From assembly GCA_964550455.1 (NCBI GenBank), contig CAZJZG010000013.1, positions 5,508-69,507 of the forward strand: a DNA stretch of 64,000 nt, written 5' to 3'. Positions within the stretch are counted from its first letter, which is position 1, and the number at the start of each line of letters is the position of its first letter. This document shows positions 21,441 to 31,881 of the stretch, piece by piece. Source of the stretch: an uncultured Bacteroidales bacterium (GTDB lineage: Bacteria; Bacteroidota; Bacteroidia; Bacteroidales; JAAYJT01). A program made the position numbers and the translations under genes. The notes under the pieces are model-generated. The model was given only the letters and a program-made list of their open reading frames with translations, searched no databases and had not been told where the DNA came from.

Positions 21441-22445
21441 TTAAGTTTCCTCAGGTATTGGGGTACTCATTATAATAAAGTCATTTTTAATCCATCTGTC
21501 ATTTATTGCAATTTTCGACCATTCACAATCAACTTCATAAATAAAATATTTTTCGCCTTTTTTTACTTTTTCTAATATCGGATAAGTGGTTCCGGGACCC
21601 GATCTCACATTTAACGAATCAGTATTAATAACAGCTTCACCAATAAACAATCCAAATTTTTTTGATACCCAACTCCCTGACAGATCAACTTTAAACCATG
21701 GGTTGAAAACTTCATAAACAGGTAATACAGAGCCTTTATAAGCAACGCCGGTTTTCTGGTAATTGGTTCCGGGACCACTGCGTACATTCAAATTTGCTCT
21801 TGTTATATGATAATAAAATCTAACAGGTTTATGCTCAGGAGGAGCAATTTCCGGTATTTCTCTTAATTTATCTTCAATCAGGGGTATAAAATTTTGCTTT
21901 GCATCATCTATAGTGTTTCCTCCAAAGAAATCAGTACCGGGGCATGATTTGGTATTTATACCACCTCCGACCAATTCGCCGGTAACCAAATCAAACCAAT
22001 GGTGATACACTATTGTATCAATTGATGGCTTCAGACCAAATTTTTTACAAAGTGCTGCATTAATGAGTATTATTGTTTCCTTTTGTGCACTGGTCATGCT
22101 ATCATTCCCGGCGTCAAAATTGCCAAGATGCTCAATGCATATTCCATGTGCATTTTTACCTTTAATACCTGCCGGAATTACCTGTATATGCCTGCCGGTA
22201 CCAATAGTACCATCAGGAAAGGTTGTGAAATTTTGCGCTATATCTTTCCATCCATTTTCTGACACATGGTAATCTCGCATTGCCGCCAGGCGTTCAAAAT
22301 GGTTGGTGCCATTAAAATGCTTATAAGAAGGAGAATAAGTATGATGATTTTGAATCACATTTATTATCCTGTTTACTTGCTGGTTTTCCAGCCAACTGAT
22401 GAATTCACCCGGACCCATCAGTATAAATCCTTGATTTGTTTTCAT
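21441..22445 (-). CDS. N-acetylmuramoyl-L-alanine amidase (amidase_2/PGRP type) with two C-terminal SH3b domains
   Basis: 334 aa with no signal peptide. HHTYSP...GICIEHLGNFD...VYHHWF amidase core. Two copies of LNVRSGPGT.Y (SH3b). Confidence 0.8.
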   Translation of the reverse strand: MKTNQGFILMGPGEFISWLENQQVNRIINVIQNHHTYSPSYKHFNGTNHFERLAAMRDYHVSENGWKDIAQNFTTFPDGTIGTGRHIQVIPAGIKGKNAHGICIEHLGNFDAGNDSMTSAQKETIILINAALCKKFGLKPSIDTIVYHHWFDLVTGELVGGGINTKSCPGTDFFGGNTIDDAKQNFIPLIEDKLREIPEIAPPEHKPVRFYYHITRANLNVRSGPGTNYQKTGVAYKGSVLPVYEVFNPWFKVDLSGSWVSKKFGLFIGEAVINTDSLNVRSGPGTTYPILEKVKKGEKYFIYEVDCEWSKIAINDRWIKNDFIIMSTPIPEET

Positions 22446-22587
22446 TTTGCTTAGATTGGTCGAAAAACTAAAAAATAAATATGGTATGGTTTCTTTGAAA
22501 TACTCCTTATTAATAATATAACATGAAATTTCGGTTAATTAACATTACATATCTCTGATAATAGTTCATTTATAAAAACCTGATCCA

Positions 22588-23601
22588 CTATTTAAACATT
22601 TTTTGCATAAGCTCTACCAGTCGGGCTGCATATCCCATTTCATTATCATACCATGCAACTACTTTTACAAGCCTGTTTTTATCACCAAGGACCGCAGTAA
22701 GCCCGGCGTCGAAAATAGCCGAATGGGTATTTCCTATAATATCAACTGAAACAATGGGGTCTTCGGTATATTGAAGTATTCCCGGAAATCGCACCTGAGT
22801 AGCATCTTTAAATGCCTGGTTAATTTCCTGAATACTAGTTGATTTTTTCACAGTACAGGTAAAATCAGTTAAAGAACCATTTGGAACCGGCACTCTTATC
22901 CCTGCTCCGCCAAGTTTACCTGTAAGATGTGGAAAAACTTTTGTAGCTGCTTTTGCTGCCCCCGTTGTAGTAGGAATAATGGAATAAGCAGCAGCTCGTC
23001 CGCGTCTCCAATCCTTATGAGGAGCATCAATAAGGTTCTGATCTCTGGTATAGCTATGAACTGTAGTAATAAAACCCTCGTCAATACCCCAGAACTCATC
23101 AATAATTTGAATCAGAGGGGCTACGCAATTAGTTGTACATGAAGCATTTGACAAAACGATATCTTCCTTGTCTATAGCATAGTCATTAATACCAAGCACA
23201 ATATATTTAACGTCCTCGGATTCATTTTTTGCCGGTGCCGAAATAATTACTTTTTTAGCTCCTGCCTTAATATGCTTCATTGCATCAGGAAGGTTTGTAA
23301 AATTTCCGGTTGATTCAATAACAACATCAATATCAAGTTCATGCCAGGGAATATTTTGTGGTTCAGGTTCACAAAATACTTTAACAGTTTTATCATTGAT
23401 CACTAAATTTTCACCTTCTGTAGTTATATTAGCAGGAAATAATCCATGAACCGAGTCATATTTCAGTAAATGAGCAAGATTTTCAGCACAGGTAAGATCA
23501 TTTACAGCTATAAGTTCCAAAGCATTATTGTTAAACATGGCACGAAATGTTACCCTGCCAATTCTACCGAATCCATTAATAGCCACACGTATCCTCTTCA
23601 T
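22588..23601 (-). CDS. gap: Type I glyceraldehyde-3-phosphate dehydrogenase
   Basis: MKRIRVAINGFGRIGR from the ATG at 23601; SNASCTTNC active site. The track start at 23640 is TTG. Confidence 0.95.
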   Translation of the reverse strand: MKRIRVAINGFGRIGRVTFRAMFNNNALELIAVNDLTCAENLAHLLKYDSVHGLFPANITTEGENLVINDKTVKVFCEPEPQNIPWHELDIDVVIESTGNFTNLPDAMKHIKAGAKKVIISAPAKNESEDVKYIVLGINDYAIDKEDIVLSNASCTTNCVAPLIQIIDEFWGIDEGFITTVHSYTRDQNLIDAPHKDWRRGRAAAYSIIPTTTGAAKAATKVFPHLTGKLGGAGIRVPVPNGSLTDFTCTVKKSTSIQEINQAFKDATQVRFPGILQYTEDPIVSVDIIGNTHSAIFDAGLTAVLGDKNRLVKVVAWYDNEMGYAARLVELMQKMFK

Positions 23602-23834
23602 AATGATTTCTTCAGGAGTTTTAATATTTATTTTCGACAAAGGTAGTTATTTGACTTGTTTCTAATTTGTTTTATTACAACCAACTTGAATTACATCTTG
23701 AAAAATTTTGTACTGCATAGCTTATTAATAAGTCATTTTGTCATTGCACACAATGAAAAATGAGAGCTTAGACAAAGAATTCCTATTTTTGTACAATCAA
23801 ATCTTAATTATCAATCAACTAAAATTATTTAACA

Positions 23835-25205
23835 ATGCACGATGTTCAAGACTACATTAAGAGAAACAAAGATCGTTTTCTCGAAGAATTATTTGATTTA
23901 ATCCGTATTCCCTCAATCAGTTCTATTGCTGACCACAAGCCTGACATGATTCGGGCTGCAGAATACTGGAAAAACTCAATTCTAAAAGCCGGCGCTGATA
24001 AAGCTGAAATTTTTCAAACCCCCGGAAACCCTATTGTTTATGGTGAGAAGATCATTAACCCCAACCTGCCTACAATACTTGTATATGCACATTATGATGT
24101 GATGCCAGTTGATCCCATTGATAAATGGGTTTCTCCACCTTTTGAACCAGAAATCCGCGACAATAAAATATACGCCCGTGGTGCTGACGATGATAAAGGA
24201 CAGGGATTTATCCATGCCAAAGCATTCGAAGCAATGGTTAAAACAAATTCATTGCCTTGTAATGTAAAATTCATGATTGAGGGAGAAGAAGAAATAGGCT
24301 CACCTAACTTGGGTAAATTTTGCCAGGACAATAAAGAAATGCTTGCTGCCGACATTATTCTGGTTTCGGACACAAGTATGATTGCCAAGGATATCCCTTC
24401 AATTACAGTCGGACTTCGTGGTTTGTCATATGTAGAAGTTGAAGTAACCGGTCCCAGTCACGACCTTCATTCAGGTTTGTTTGGTGGTGCTGTTGCCAAC
24501 CCTGCGAATATTCTTGCAAAAATGATAGCCTCATTGCATGATGATGAAAACAGGATTACCGTTAAAGGATTTTATGATGATGTAGAGACTGTAAGTGCTG
24601 AAGAAAGAGCTGAAATGGCAAAAGCTCCGTTTGACCTGGAGCAGTACAAAAAAGCACTCAAAATAAATGAGGTATGGGGCGAAAAAGGTTATTCCACAAT
24701 AGAACGTACCGGAATACGGCCTACACTTGATGTAAACGGCATTTGGAGTGGTTATACCGGCGAAGGTGCAAAAACAGTATTACCTGCAAAAGCTTTTGCT
24801 AAAATTTCAATGCGCCTCGTTCCGAATCAGAATCATCAGAAAATAAGCAAGTTATTTGTAGAGCACTTTAAATCAATTGCACCGCCTTATGTAACCGTTG
24901 ATGTACAAGTTCATCATGGCGGGCAGGGTTATGTATCACCTACTACAAGTCATGCCTATCAGGCTGCCAGCAAAGCATATGAAACCTCTTTTGGTAAAAA
25001 GCCTGTTCCAACCCGTAGTGGTGGCAGTATTCCTATTATCTCAGCTTTTGATCAGATACTGGGGATCAAATCAATTTTGATGGGTTTTGGTCTTGAGGCA
25101 GATGCTATTCATTCGCCAAACGAAAACTTCGATCTGGATATATATTATAAAGGTATAGAAACAGTACCCTATTTTTATAAATACTTTGCTGAACTGATGA
25201 TTTGA
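23835..25205 (+). CDS. M20-family dipeptidase/peptidase (ArgE/DapE/ACY1/CPG2 type)
   Basis: 456 aa. YAHYDVMPVD, GADDDKGQ and IEGEEEIGS metal-site motifs. Confidence 0.85.
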   Translation: MHDVQDYIKRNKDRFLEELFDLIRIPSISSIADHKPDMIRAAEYWKNSILKAGADKAEIFQTPGNPIVYGEKIINPNLPTILVYAHYDVMPVDPIDKWVSPPFEPEIRDNKIYARGADDDKGQGFIHAKAFEAMVKTNSLPCNVKFMIEGEEEIGSPNLGKFCQDNKEMLAADIILVSDTSMIAKDIPSITVGLRGLSYVEVEVTGPSHDLHSGLFGGAVANPANILAKMIASLHDDENRITVKGFYDDVETVSAEERAEMAKAPFDLEQYKKALKINEVWGEKGYSTIERTGIRPTLDVNGIWSGYTGEGAKTVLPAKAFAKISMRLVPNQNHQKISKLFVEHFKSIAPPYVTVDVQVHHGGQGYVSPTTSHAYQAASKAYETSFGKKPVPTRSGGSIPIISAFDQILGIKSILMGFGLEADAIHSPNENFDLDIYYKGIETVPYFYKYFAELMI

Positions 25206-25244
25206 TATCAGCAAGTGAAATTGACTTTCAGCAATTTTATTTAT

Positions 25245-25291
25245 AAAAAAGAAGCTGCTTCGAAATATAACGAAGCAGCTTCTTTTTTTTT
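25245..25291. terminator. Bidirectional rho-independent terminator between convergent genes
   Basis: aaaaaagaagctgcttcg / cgaagcagcttctttttttt: perfect 12-bp GC-containing stem flanked by an A-run and a T-run. Confidence 0.75.
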
Positions 25292-25307
25292 ACTGATTTG
25301 ATTTCAA

Positions 25308-27758
25308 CTACTGAACCAATGCTTTAAACTCAGAGTTATCAAAGAATTTAATAAATTCACGATCGGTCTTAGCAGTGTTTTTGAGCTTAGCATCAGCAGC
25401 AAATGCTTTTTGCAAATTGGTAACAATTCCCTGAATATCATTAGCACGTGCAGCAATTACACCAAGTAAATAATGAGTTTTTGCATGCTCAGGAGCGCAT
25501 TTTGCATTTTGGTTTGCACCAGCAAGATTTCCTGATAGCATTTGAGCAAGTGCCACGTTATGATTACAGGTTTTGCTTCCAAAGCTGGTGAGTGCCTGTT
25601 TGTAATTTCCTTTAGGTATCATAAGCATACCAAGGTTATAGTCAACATTTGCTCCCAGTTTACGAGCTTCATTATAATAGGCTTCTGCCTTTTTATAATC
25701 TTTTGTTTTTGAAGCCATAGCACCTAAGTTATTGATAACTTCGGTTTTTCCTGCTCCAAGTTCTTCAGCCTTTTTAAGATGTTTGGTAGCTTCTGACATT
25801 TCGTCAAGCCTCATCTCAATTGCTGCAGCATTATTGTATCCCTTGTAATTTTTCGGGAAGAGGTCAATAGCGGTCTTATAAATATTCAACTGAGCATTCG
25901 GATCATCTGTCATAGTAGCGGCATAAAGAAGCTCCTGTTCAGTTAACTGACCCGGATCGGATACTGCAAGCTGCGCAATCTGATCATCAGTTTTCTTTGG
26001 TTCAAAAACATTAACCTTAACAACTACACGACGAAGCGGAGGTAAAATATCTTTCTCAACTTCTTTATAAACATATGACATGTTTCTAATGTCCTGTTCA
26101 CGCTTTTTGGGATCAGTTTGAGAATTAACAATATTAATAATAACGTTTTTATCCTTAATATCCGATGCCTGAACAGCTTTTACAAAGCCGTCCCAATCTT
26201 CACCGTGAGCACTAACATTATATTTAATATCTTTTTCAACATTTGCAATTTTTACATTGCTATTCTTTTCACGAACAAGCTTCTTAAGCAAATCGTGGGT
26301 ATATTTCAAACCGGTTTTCGAACGTCTTTCTGACAAGCCTATGTTGTGGCTTTCTTCACCTTCGGGAGAGGCATAAGCATCAACATCAATATCACGTATC
26401 TGCCATCCTTTACGGATAAAATCTTCAAGATCACGAATTTTTTGTTTAGTATCCTGATTGCGGTTCAGTGACAGATTCCAGTTTAAATTATGCATATCAA
26501 CCTGGAAATAAATTACAGCTTCACGGCTAATAATAGTTTCTTTCTCATATCCGTGAGCTGCGATCATTGTCTGCTCATCATTCAGAATTCTTAACGGAGT
26601 AATGATTACGCCATCAGCCAGCTTAACCTGAGGTCCGTCAACATATCTTGAATATTCCTTAATAGTTTCAGCATTAACACCTGCTACTACCGGAGCTTTA
26701 GGTTCATAAATCAGTGGTGTAACAACAAGGTCAGCTACTTCCATACCAGGTTTATAAGCTATAACGTCGGTATAAGTAAAAGTACCGCCTTCTCTTTTGA
26801 TAGTAATTCCATCGCCGGTAACTTCTTCACCCAGAAGATTGATTGATTTCAACGGAACTTCGGTATTTCCGTATTTCAAAGTGGGGGTAAAAAGAATTGC
26901 GGCTTTTTTATGGAAATAATTTTCAGGAACCTTACCAATAATGGTTACACGAATTGAATCACCGTGCATTTCAAGAACTTCAGGAATGGTTGTAAATTCA
27001 ATCTGATCAAATTCTCTCGCCATTTTATCAAGATCAACACCACCAATAAATTTATAAGTAACACCAAGAGTAGTTATACCATACTGGTCGTATTTCTTTG
27101 AAGTCCAGCCATCAAGTTTATCAGTTCCGGTATAGCGTGCGCTGGTTTCCAGTGTTAAATCCCAATTATCCGAAAGAGCATAGCTGGCTCCAATTCCATA
27201 AGGGAAAACAAGTAGCAACTCGCGCTTACCAAATCCTTTTCCATCAAATCCAAGGCTATCGTTAGTTTTATACCCTCCCGGAGGTCCTGATTTTATATCT
27301 TTGGTAGTTGACCTGAAATGGCTTTGGCCAATACCACCAAAAGCATAGATGTCGAACTTGCGGTCAGGATTGTAGCGTGAGAACAAATTAACCAGACTGA
27401 GTGTGGGGTTTAAATTGTACTCAAAGTAGCTGCCTTTCATATTCATACCTTTATCGTCGTACTCAGCTCCAAGACCGGCATAAAGCAATTCACCACGTAA
27501 TCCGAGCATCGGAATAAACTGATGTCCAATATAAAGACCTCCACCAAGATTCCAGTTACCCGGATTCTGAAAAAACCTGAATTTATTCAGGTCTCCATAG
27601 AATTCACTAAAACCCACATGACCATTTAAAAACCAATAGGGAGAAAATGAAGAGCTGGCGGGTTTTTCTTTATTATCCTGCGCATTAACGCTAATAGCTA
27701 TAAACAGTATTGCAAAGGCAACACCCAGCATTTTTAGAACATGATACTTTTTTCGCAT
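25308..27758 (-). CDS. Outer-membrane beta-barrel / OmpA-like protein with C-terminal TPR repeats
   Basis: The ATG at 27758 gives the signal peptide MRKKYHVLKMLGVAFAILFIAISVNAQ. N-terminal region is rich in aromatic/Gly beta-strands. OmpA-like AYASPEGEESHNIGLSERRSKTG. TPR-like C-terminus. Confidence 0.6.
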   Translation of the reverse strand: MRKKYHVLKMLGVAFAILFIAISVNAQDNKEKPASSSFSPYWFLNGHVGFSEFYGDLNKFRFFQNPGNWNLGGGLYIGHQFIPMLGLRGELLYAGLGAEYDDKGMNMKGSYFEYNLNPTLSLVNLFSRYNPDRKFDIYAFGGIGQSHFRSTTKDIKSGPPGGYKTNDSLGFDGKGFGKRELLLVFPYGIGASYALSDNWDLTLETSARYTGTDKLDGWTSKKYDQYGITTLGVTYKFIGGVDLDKMAREFDQIEFTTIPEVLEMHGDSIRVTIIGKVPENYFHKKAAILFTPTLKYGNTEVPLKSINLLGEEVTGDGITIKREGGTFTYTDVIAYKPGMEVADLVVTPLIYEPKAPVVAGVNAETIKEYSRYVDGPQVKLADGVIITPLRILNDEQTMIAAHGYEKETIISREAVIYFQVDMHNLNWNLSLNRNQDTKQKIRDLEDFIRKGWQIRDIDVDAYASPEGEESHNIGLSERRSKTGLKYTHDLLKKLVREKNSNVKIANVEKDIKYNVSAHGEDWDGFVKAVQASDIKDKNVIINIVNSQTDPKKREQDIRNMSYVYKEVEKDILPPLRRVVVKVNVFEPKKTDDQIAQLAVSDPGQLTEQELLYAATMTDDPNAQLNIYKTAIDLFPKNYKGYNNAAAIEMRLDEMSEATKHLKKAEELGAGKTEVINNLGAMASKTKDYKKAEAYYNEARKLGANVDYNLGMLMIPKGNYKQALTSFGSKTCNHNVALAQMLSGNLAGANQNAKCAPEHAKTHYLLGVIAARANDIQGIVTNLQKAFAADAKLKNTAKTDREFIKFFDNSEFKALVQ

Positions 27759-27946
27759 GTTGTTGAGGTTTACGTTTATAATACAAATGAGATTAATTCT
27801 ATTTTGGTGCAAATATATATAGAAAAGTGTTAAATGCTAACTTATGTTCATTATTTTATTGAAAAATCCTTCTTCAAATACTAAAAGTTCAACACGATTA
27901 TTGTGGTAAAAAAATTGAATATGTTTTTCTTGAATTAACTAAGTTT

Positions 27947-28504
27947 CTAATTATCTGATAAATAACCAGGGTTATATGTAATGAATTTATTAAAAACATC
28001 CCAAATAATTATCCCAGCGCTTACTGCTACGTTTAATGAGTGTTTTGTTCCATACTGCGGTATTTCAATACAAGTATCTGCAAAATCCACAATTTCCTGA
28101 CTTACTCCATCCACTTCATTACCGAATATTATTCCCAAACCATCAAAAGAATTAAAGTCGAAATTGCTTAAAGGAATACTGCCATCAGTTTGTTCAATAG
28201 CACAAACGTTAAAATTCTTTTTTTTTAATTCCAATAAAGCATCCTTAGTATTCTCAAAATACTTCCAATCAACAGATTCAGTAGCGCCAAGAGCTGTTTT
28301 ATTCATTTCTCTGTTTGGCGGAGTAGCACTGATTCCACACAGATATACTGCTTTGAGCCTGAAAGCATCAGCAGTTCTGAATATTGAACCGATGTTATGC
28401 TGGCTGCGCACATTGTCAAGAACAACTACAACGGGAATCTTACGAGCTTTTTTGTGCTCTTCAGTATTCATACGCCCAAGTTCCGCAAGGCTTAATTTTC
28501 TCAT
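27947..28504 (-). CDS. TrmH/SpoU-family RNA 2'-O-methyltransferase
   Basis: SQHNIGSIFRTADAF, IIFGNEVDGVSQE, IPQYGTKHSLNVAVSAGIIIW. Confidence 0.85.
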   Translation of the reverse strand: MRKLSLAELGRMNTEEHKKARKIPVVVVLDNVRSQHNIGSIFRTADAFRLKAVYLCGISATPPNREMNKTALGATESVDWKYFENTKDALLELKKKNFNVCAIEQTDGSIPLSNFDFNSFDGLGIIFGNEVDGVSQEIVDFADTCIEIPQYGTKHSLNVAVSAGIIIWDVFNKFITYNPGYLSDN

Positions 28505-28539
28505 TATCTGTATATCAATTTAATGCTTTAAGCTGCATA

Positions 28540-29241
28540 TTACATCAAAGCGAAATACTTATCCCTTATTTCTTTAATTTCATCAATTGTGAAATTTTTA
28601 CGATAAATCCTGATCATATCATTTATTTCACCTTTTTCATAAAAAAATGCAATAGCTCCATCGAAATAAAAATAATTAGGGTCGTATTTTACTTTCTTAG
28701 TAAGTTGTTTAAATCTCTCATAATCCATTTGTTCAGGTATAAGAAAATATGCATGATGTGGTTCTGTATGGTCAATAAACATGTTCTCATATGGTTCGAG
28801 ATAAAAAAACTTTCGAAGCTTAATCATAGCTTTTCCATCTGAAATTTTCCATAGCCTTTTCCTGAATGTTATGCCTTCGTCAAGATAAAGACTTTGAATA
28901 ATACGCACATCGTCATAATGTTCAAGGTTGCGCAATCTTATTACCTGTGTTGTAACACCAAATAACGTAATATTGCCGATTACCGCATCAATAGGACGTT
29001 TTAAAGCTTTATGAATATTTTGTGTGGCACGCGAAACTGTTTCAAACGAAAAATAGCCATTTAGTGCCAGATACAAATACTGAGGTTTATGTGCCTGTGG
29101 CTCACAACTGTAATACCCGTGAAAAGGTGCAGATGACTCGAGAACACATGTGTTTGGTGCCAGGTTGTCGTCAGAAATACAATTAAGGGTTTCCTCTTTA
29201 ATGAGACCTCCAAAACGTTCAATAATGTTGTCTTTATTCAT
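28540..29241 (-). CDS. Hypothetical protein (233 aa), no motif recognised
   Basis: Clean ATG-initiated ORF filling the gap between trmH-like and the TPR gene. No signal peptide or TM segment. Confidence 0.6.
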   Translation of the reverse strand: MNKDNIIERFGGLIKEETLNCISDDNLAPNTCVLESSAPFHGYYSCEPQAHKPQYLYLALNGYFSFETVSRATQNIHKALKRPIDAVIGNITLFGVTTQVIRLRNLEHYDDVRIIQSLYLDEGITFRKRLWKISDGKAMIKLRKFFYLEPYENMFIDHTEPHHAYFLIPEQMDYERFKQLTKKVKYDPNYFYFDGAIAFFYEKGEINDMIRIYRKNFTIDEIKEIRDKYFALM

Positions 29242-29316
29242 AGTAGCCGGAGTTAAGTATTTGACAGCAAATATACAATATTATACGGTCAAATCAGCCT
29301 TGAGTTAAATAAAAGT

Positions 29317-31542
29317 TTAACTGTTCTGTTCGAATTTGTATTTGATATAATCAAGCAAAACCGGCAACTCATCCGGATTAACTCCGTTCTCAGTCAGATA
29401 GGGTATGTCTTCTTCAAAACCTGTAACAAATTGTTTTACTGAATTATCCTTTTGTTTAAGACTCTGTATATAGCAGTCTATTGCTTTATTTGTTTCGTTC
29501 AAACATAAAAACACATGAGCTAAATTCATGTAATCATATTTGGTAGGCTCATCTTCCATTAGTTTTTCATAATAATATTTTGATTCTGCGAGCTTACCAT
29601 TAACAAACAGACACCATGCAATAGGACGAAGCACTTTGATATTATCAGGAGAAGCTAATTCAACCTTGTAATAATAATTCAAAGCCTGGCTGAAATCTTT
29701 AATATGCAAGTAACAATTGCCTATTGTAATAGTAAGATGAATATTGTCAGGATCAAGAGCCTCAGCTTCTTTGTATGCAGCGATAGATTCTTCATACTTC
29801 TTCATTGTCCATAGAATACGGGCAATTTTTCTCAGGTTCCAGACCCTGTTTTCATCAAAAAGTTCAGCTTTACGATAATAAATCAATGCATCATCAAAAA
29901 GATTCGATTTTTCATAACAATAAGCTATTTTCTCAAAAATCAGCTGAGAGGTATCACCTTTATCTCTGAGTTTCAAATAAATATCCAAAGCATGCTGGTA
30001 ATATTCACGTTCAAAATAAAAATCCGCAAAATTTCGCCACGAAGAATTATTGGTTACTATATGCTGCATAAATTCTTTGTTGTGAAAATCAAAACTGCTA
30101 ATAAAAATATCATCCAGTTCCTGCCTGTCAGGATGTAGTTTAAAAAAGCGATATAAATCCTGAATATATTGGGTGTAGACAGAATTGATCTTTTTTCGGG
30201 AATCCAGAATATTTTCCTCAGCTTCCAATTCCCTCATGCCTTCCATCTCAGCATTAAACATCTGTGTTACCATTTCTTTCTGTTTCGGTGGCATCATTCC
30301 CAGACCAAGGCAGAATGAATATTTATCAGAATTACACATGTGCAGTGAAAGGTTCAAACCGGAAACTAAAACCTCTCTAAAATTATCATCTTCGCTTTCA
30401 AGTACTTTTTCAATTTCCTTATGATTAAGATGAAAAGGAACAAGCCAATTTGATATTTCGTTGAAAAACGGGTATTGTTTCAGATTTGAAAACGTACTCA
30501 TAAAAACATCCATTCCTTCAAGCTGCATACGCGTAAGCTCCTCGAGCTTATTAATAAGATCAGGACTATCTTCAAACAATTGCTTCCATTTAGGATTTTT
30601 ATCTTCTGTGAATTCATCTGAAAACATCTGATCCAAACCCAATTTATCCTCAAATCCTGGAGCAATCTTGATAATATCCGGCATTATCTCATCGTGCAAT
30701 TTTTTAGTAACCTTATCAGTATCTTTGGATTTCATTAATTGAAATATCACTGCCATGGCATCGAGTTCAAAAAACTCATCACCCTGCATTGCTTTCAGCC
30801 GGTTTATAACAGAAGGATATAAATACAGGCGATAATCATAAAAGTATAATCCAAGCAGTAGACCGGTAAATGCACGTTGAGATATTTCCGGAATATTTAA
30901 ATCATATGCTGCAAAAAGAACTTCAAACCTGTAAACATCAAAACCTTTAAGCAATCCCATTGTTACTGCACTTACAACAAGGCTTTTCTCGTACCACTCT
31001 AATTTATCAGAACCTAAAATGGTGAGAACCAGATTTTTATCATTTTCTGATAGTTTATTCCCAAACCATAACCACAAAAACAAATTAGAGATAAGTTTTT
31101 TTCTCATCTGCTCTCTTCCAAAACCCGTTTTTTCATCTTCAATTCCGGGTTCAACAAAAATATCGCTCAGCTCAGAATCAAATGCAAAGGTTTCAAATAA
31201 TCCTCTGACAACTTCACCACTCAGTCCAGATATACTTTCTAATCTGGTATATAAATTATAAAGTCTGCCGGTTTCAAAAATCTTTTGTTTAATACGGTCA
31301 GACAACTCATACAGATTCAGTTTTAAGTCGGTATAAATTTTCTCCTGTTGCGGATCCTCAACTCCCATAAATTTGTATTTCAACATATTATGATATACAT
31401 CATTGATCTGCATAAGATTATCGGAAAAGCCGGAAAAATCAAGAGCCAGGAGCTGAAGAATCTCTATTGCATCCCTCAAACGACTGGCAATCATATAATT
31501 ATTGAAAGCAGCAAATGTTCTGTCAATTTCTTTTTTCTGCAT
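29317..31542 (-). CDS. Large TPR-repeat protein (about 500-aa unassigned N-terminal region plus C-terminal TPRs)
   Basis: 741 aa. The C-terminal third has repeated A..YY.KA...DP.N TPR-like units. Confidence 0.7.
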   Translation of the reverse strand: MQKKEIDRTFAAFNNYMIASRLRDAIEILQLLALDFSGFSDNLMQINDVYHNMLKYKFMGVEDPQQEKIYTDLKLNLYELSDRIKQKIFETGRLYNLYTRLESISGLSGEVVRGLFETFAFDSELSDIFVEPGIEDEKTGFGREQMRKKLISNLFLWLWFGNKLSENDKNLVLTILGSDKLEWYEKSLVVSAVTMGLLKGFDVYRFEVLFAAYDLNIPEISQRAFTGLLLGLYFYDYRLYLYPSVINRLKAMQGDEFFELDAMAVIFQLMKSKDTDKVTKKLHDEIMPDIIKIAPGFEDKLGLDQMFSDEFTEDKNPKWKQLFEDSPDLINKLEELTRMQLEGMDVFMSTFSNLKQYPFFNEISNWLVPFHLNHKEIEKVLESEDDNFREVLVSGLNLSLHMCNSDKYSFCLGLGMMPPKQKEMVTQMFNAEMEGMRELEAEENILDSRKKINSVYTQYIQDLYRFFKLHPDRQELDDIFISSFDFHNKEFMQHIVTNNSSWRNFADFYFEREYYQHALDIYLKLRDKGDTSQLIFEKIAYCYEKSNLFDDALIYYRKAELFDENRVWNLRKIARILWTMKKYEESIAAYKEAEALDPDNIHLTITIGNCYLHIKDFSQALNYYYKVELASPDNIKVLRPIAWCLFVNGKLAESKYYYEKLMEDEPTKYDYMNLAHVFLCLNETNKAIDCYIQSLKQKDNSVKQFVTGFEEDIPYLTENGVNPDELPVLLDYIKYKFEQNS

Positions 31543-31881
31543 TTAACTATTGTTGATAAGTTTATTAGCTGTTTTCCTTATTTAAACAAAATTAAAGCTT
31601 TTTCAAAACAGCCTTTGATTTGTAATTATATGCTACCCGCAAAAATCGTGCTGATAAACTTAACTGACAAAATGTAAGATAAAACATGAGTTTTACTTTA
31701 TTTCAAGCGATATTCTTTCAGGAGGTAAACAAAATAACAAACTTTATTTCAGGCGTTAACACTTTTAACGATCCTCAATAATGCCAGATAGCAAACAAAT
31801 ATTAATTTAGCGAAACCAAACCATTAACAATAAGTCATCATTATTGATAAACCATGGCATGGTCAAAAATACTTTTCAGGT

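Noticed and set aside
28164-28842. Plus-strand ORFs 28164..28523 and 28384..28842
   Set aside because: They are antisense to the TrmH-family gene and the 233-aa ORF. Their composition is hydrophobic and low-complexity, typical of AT-rich antisense frames.
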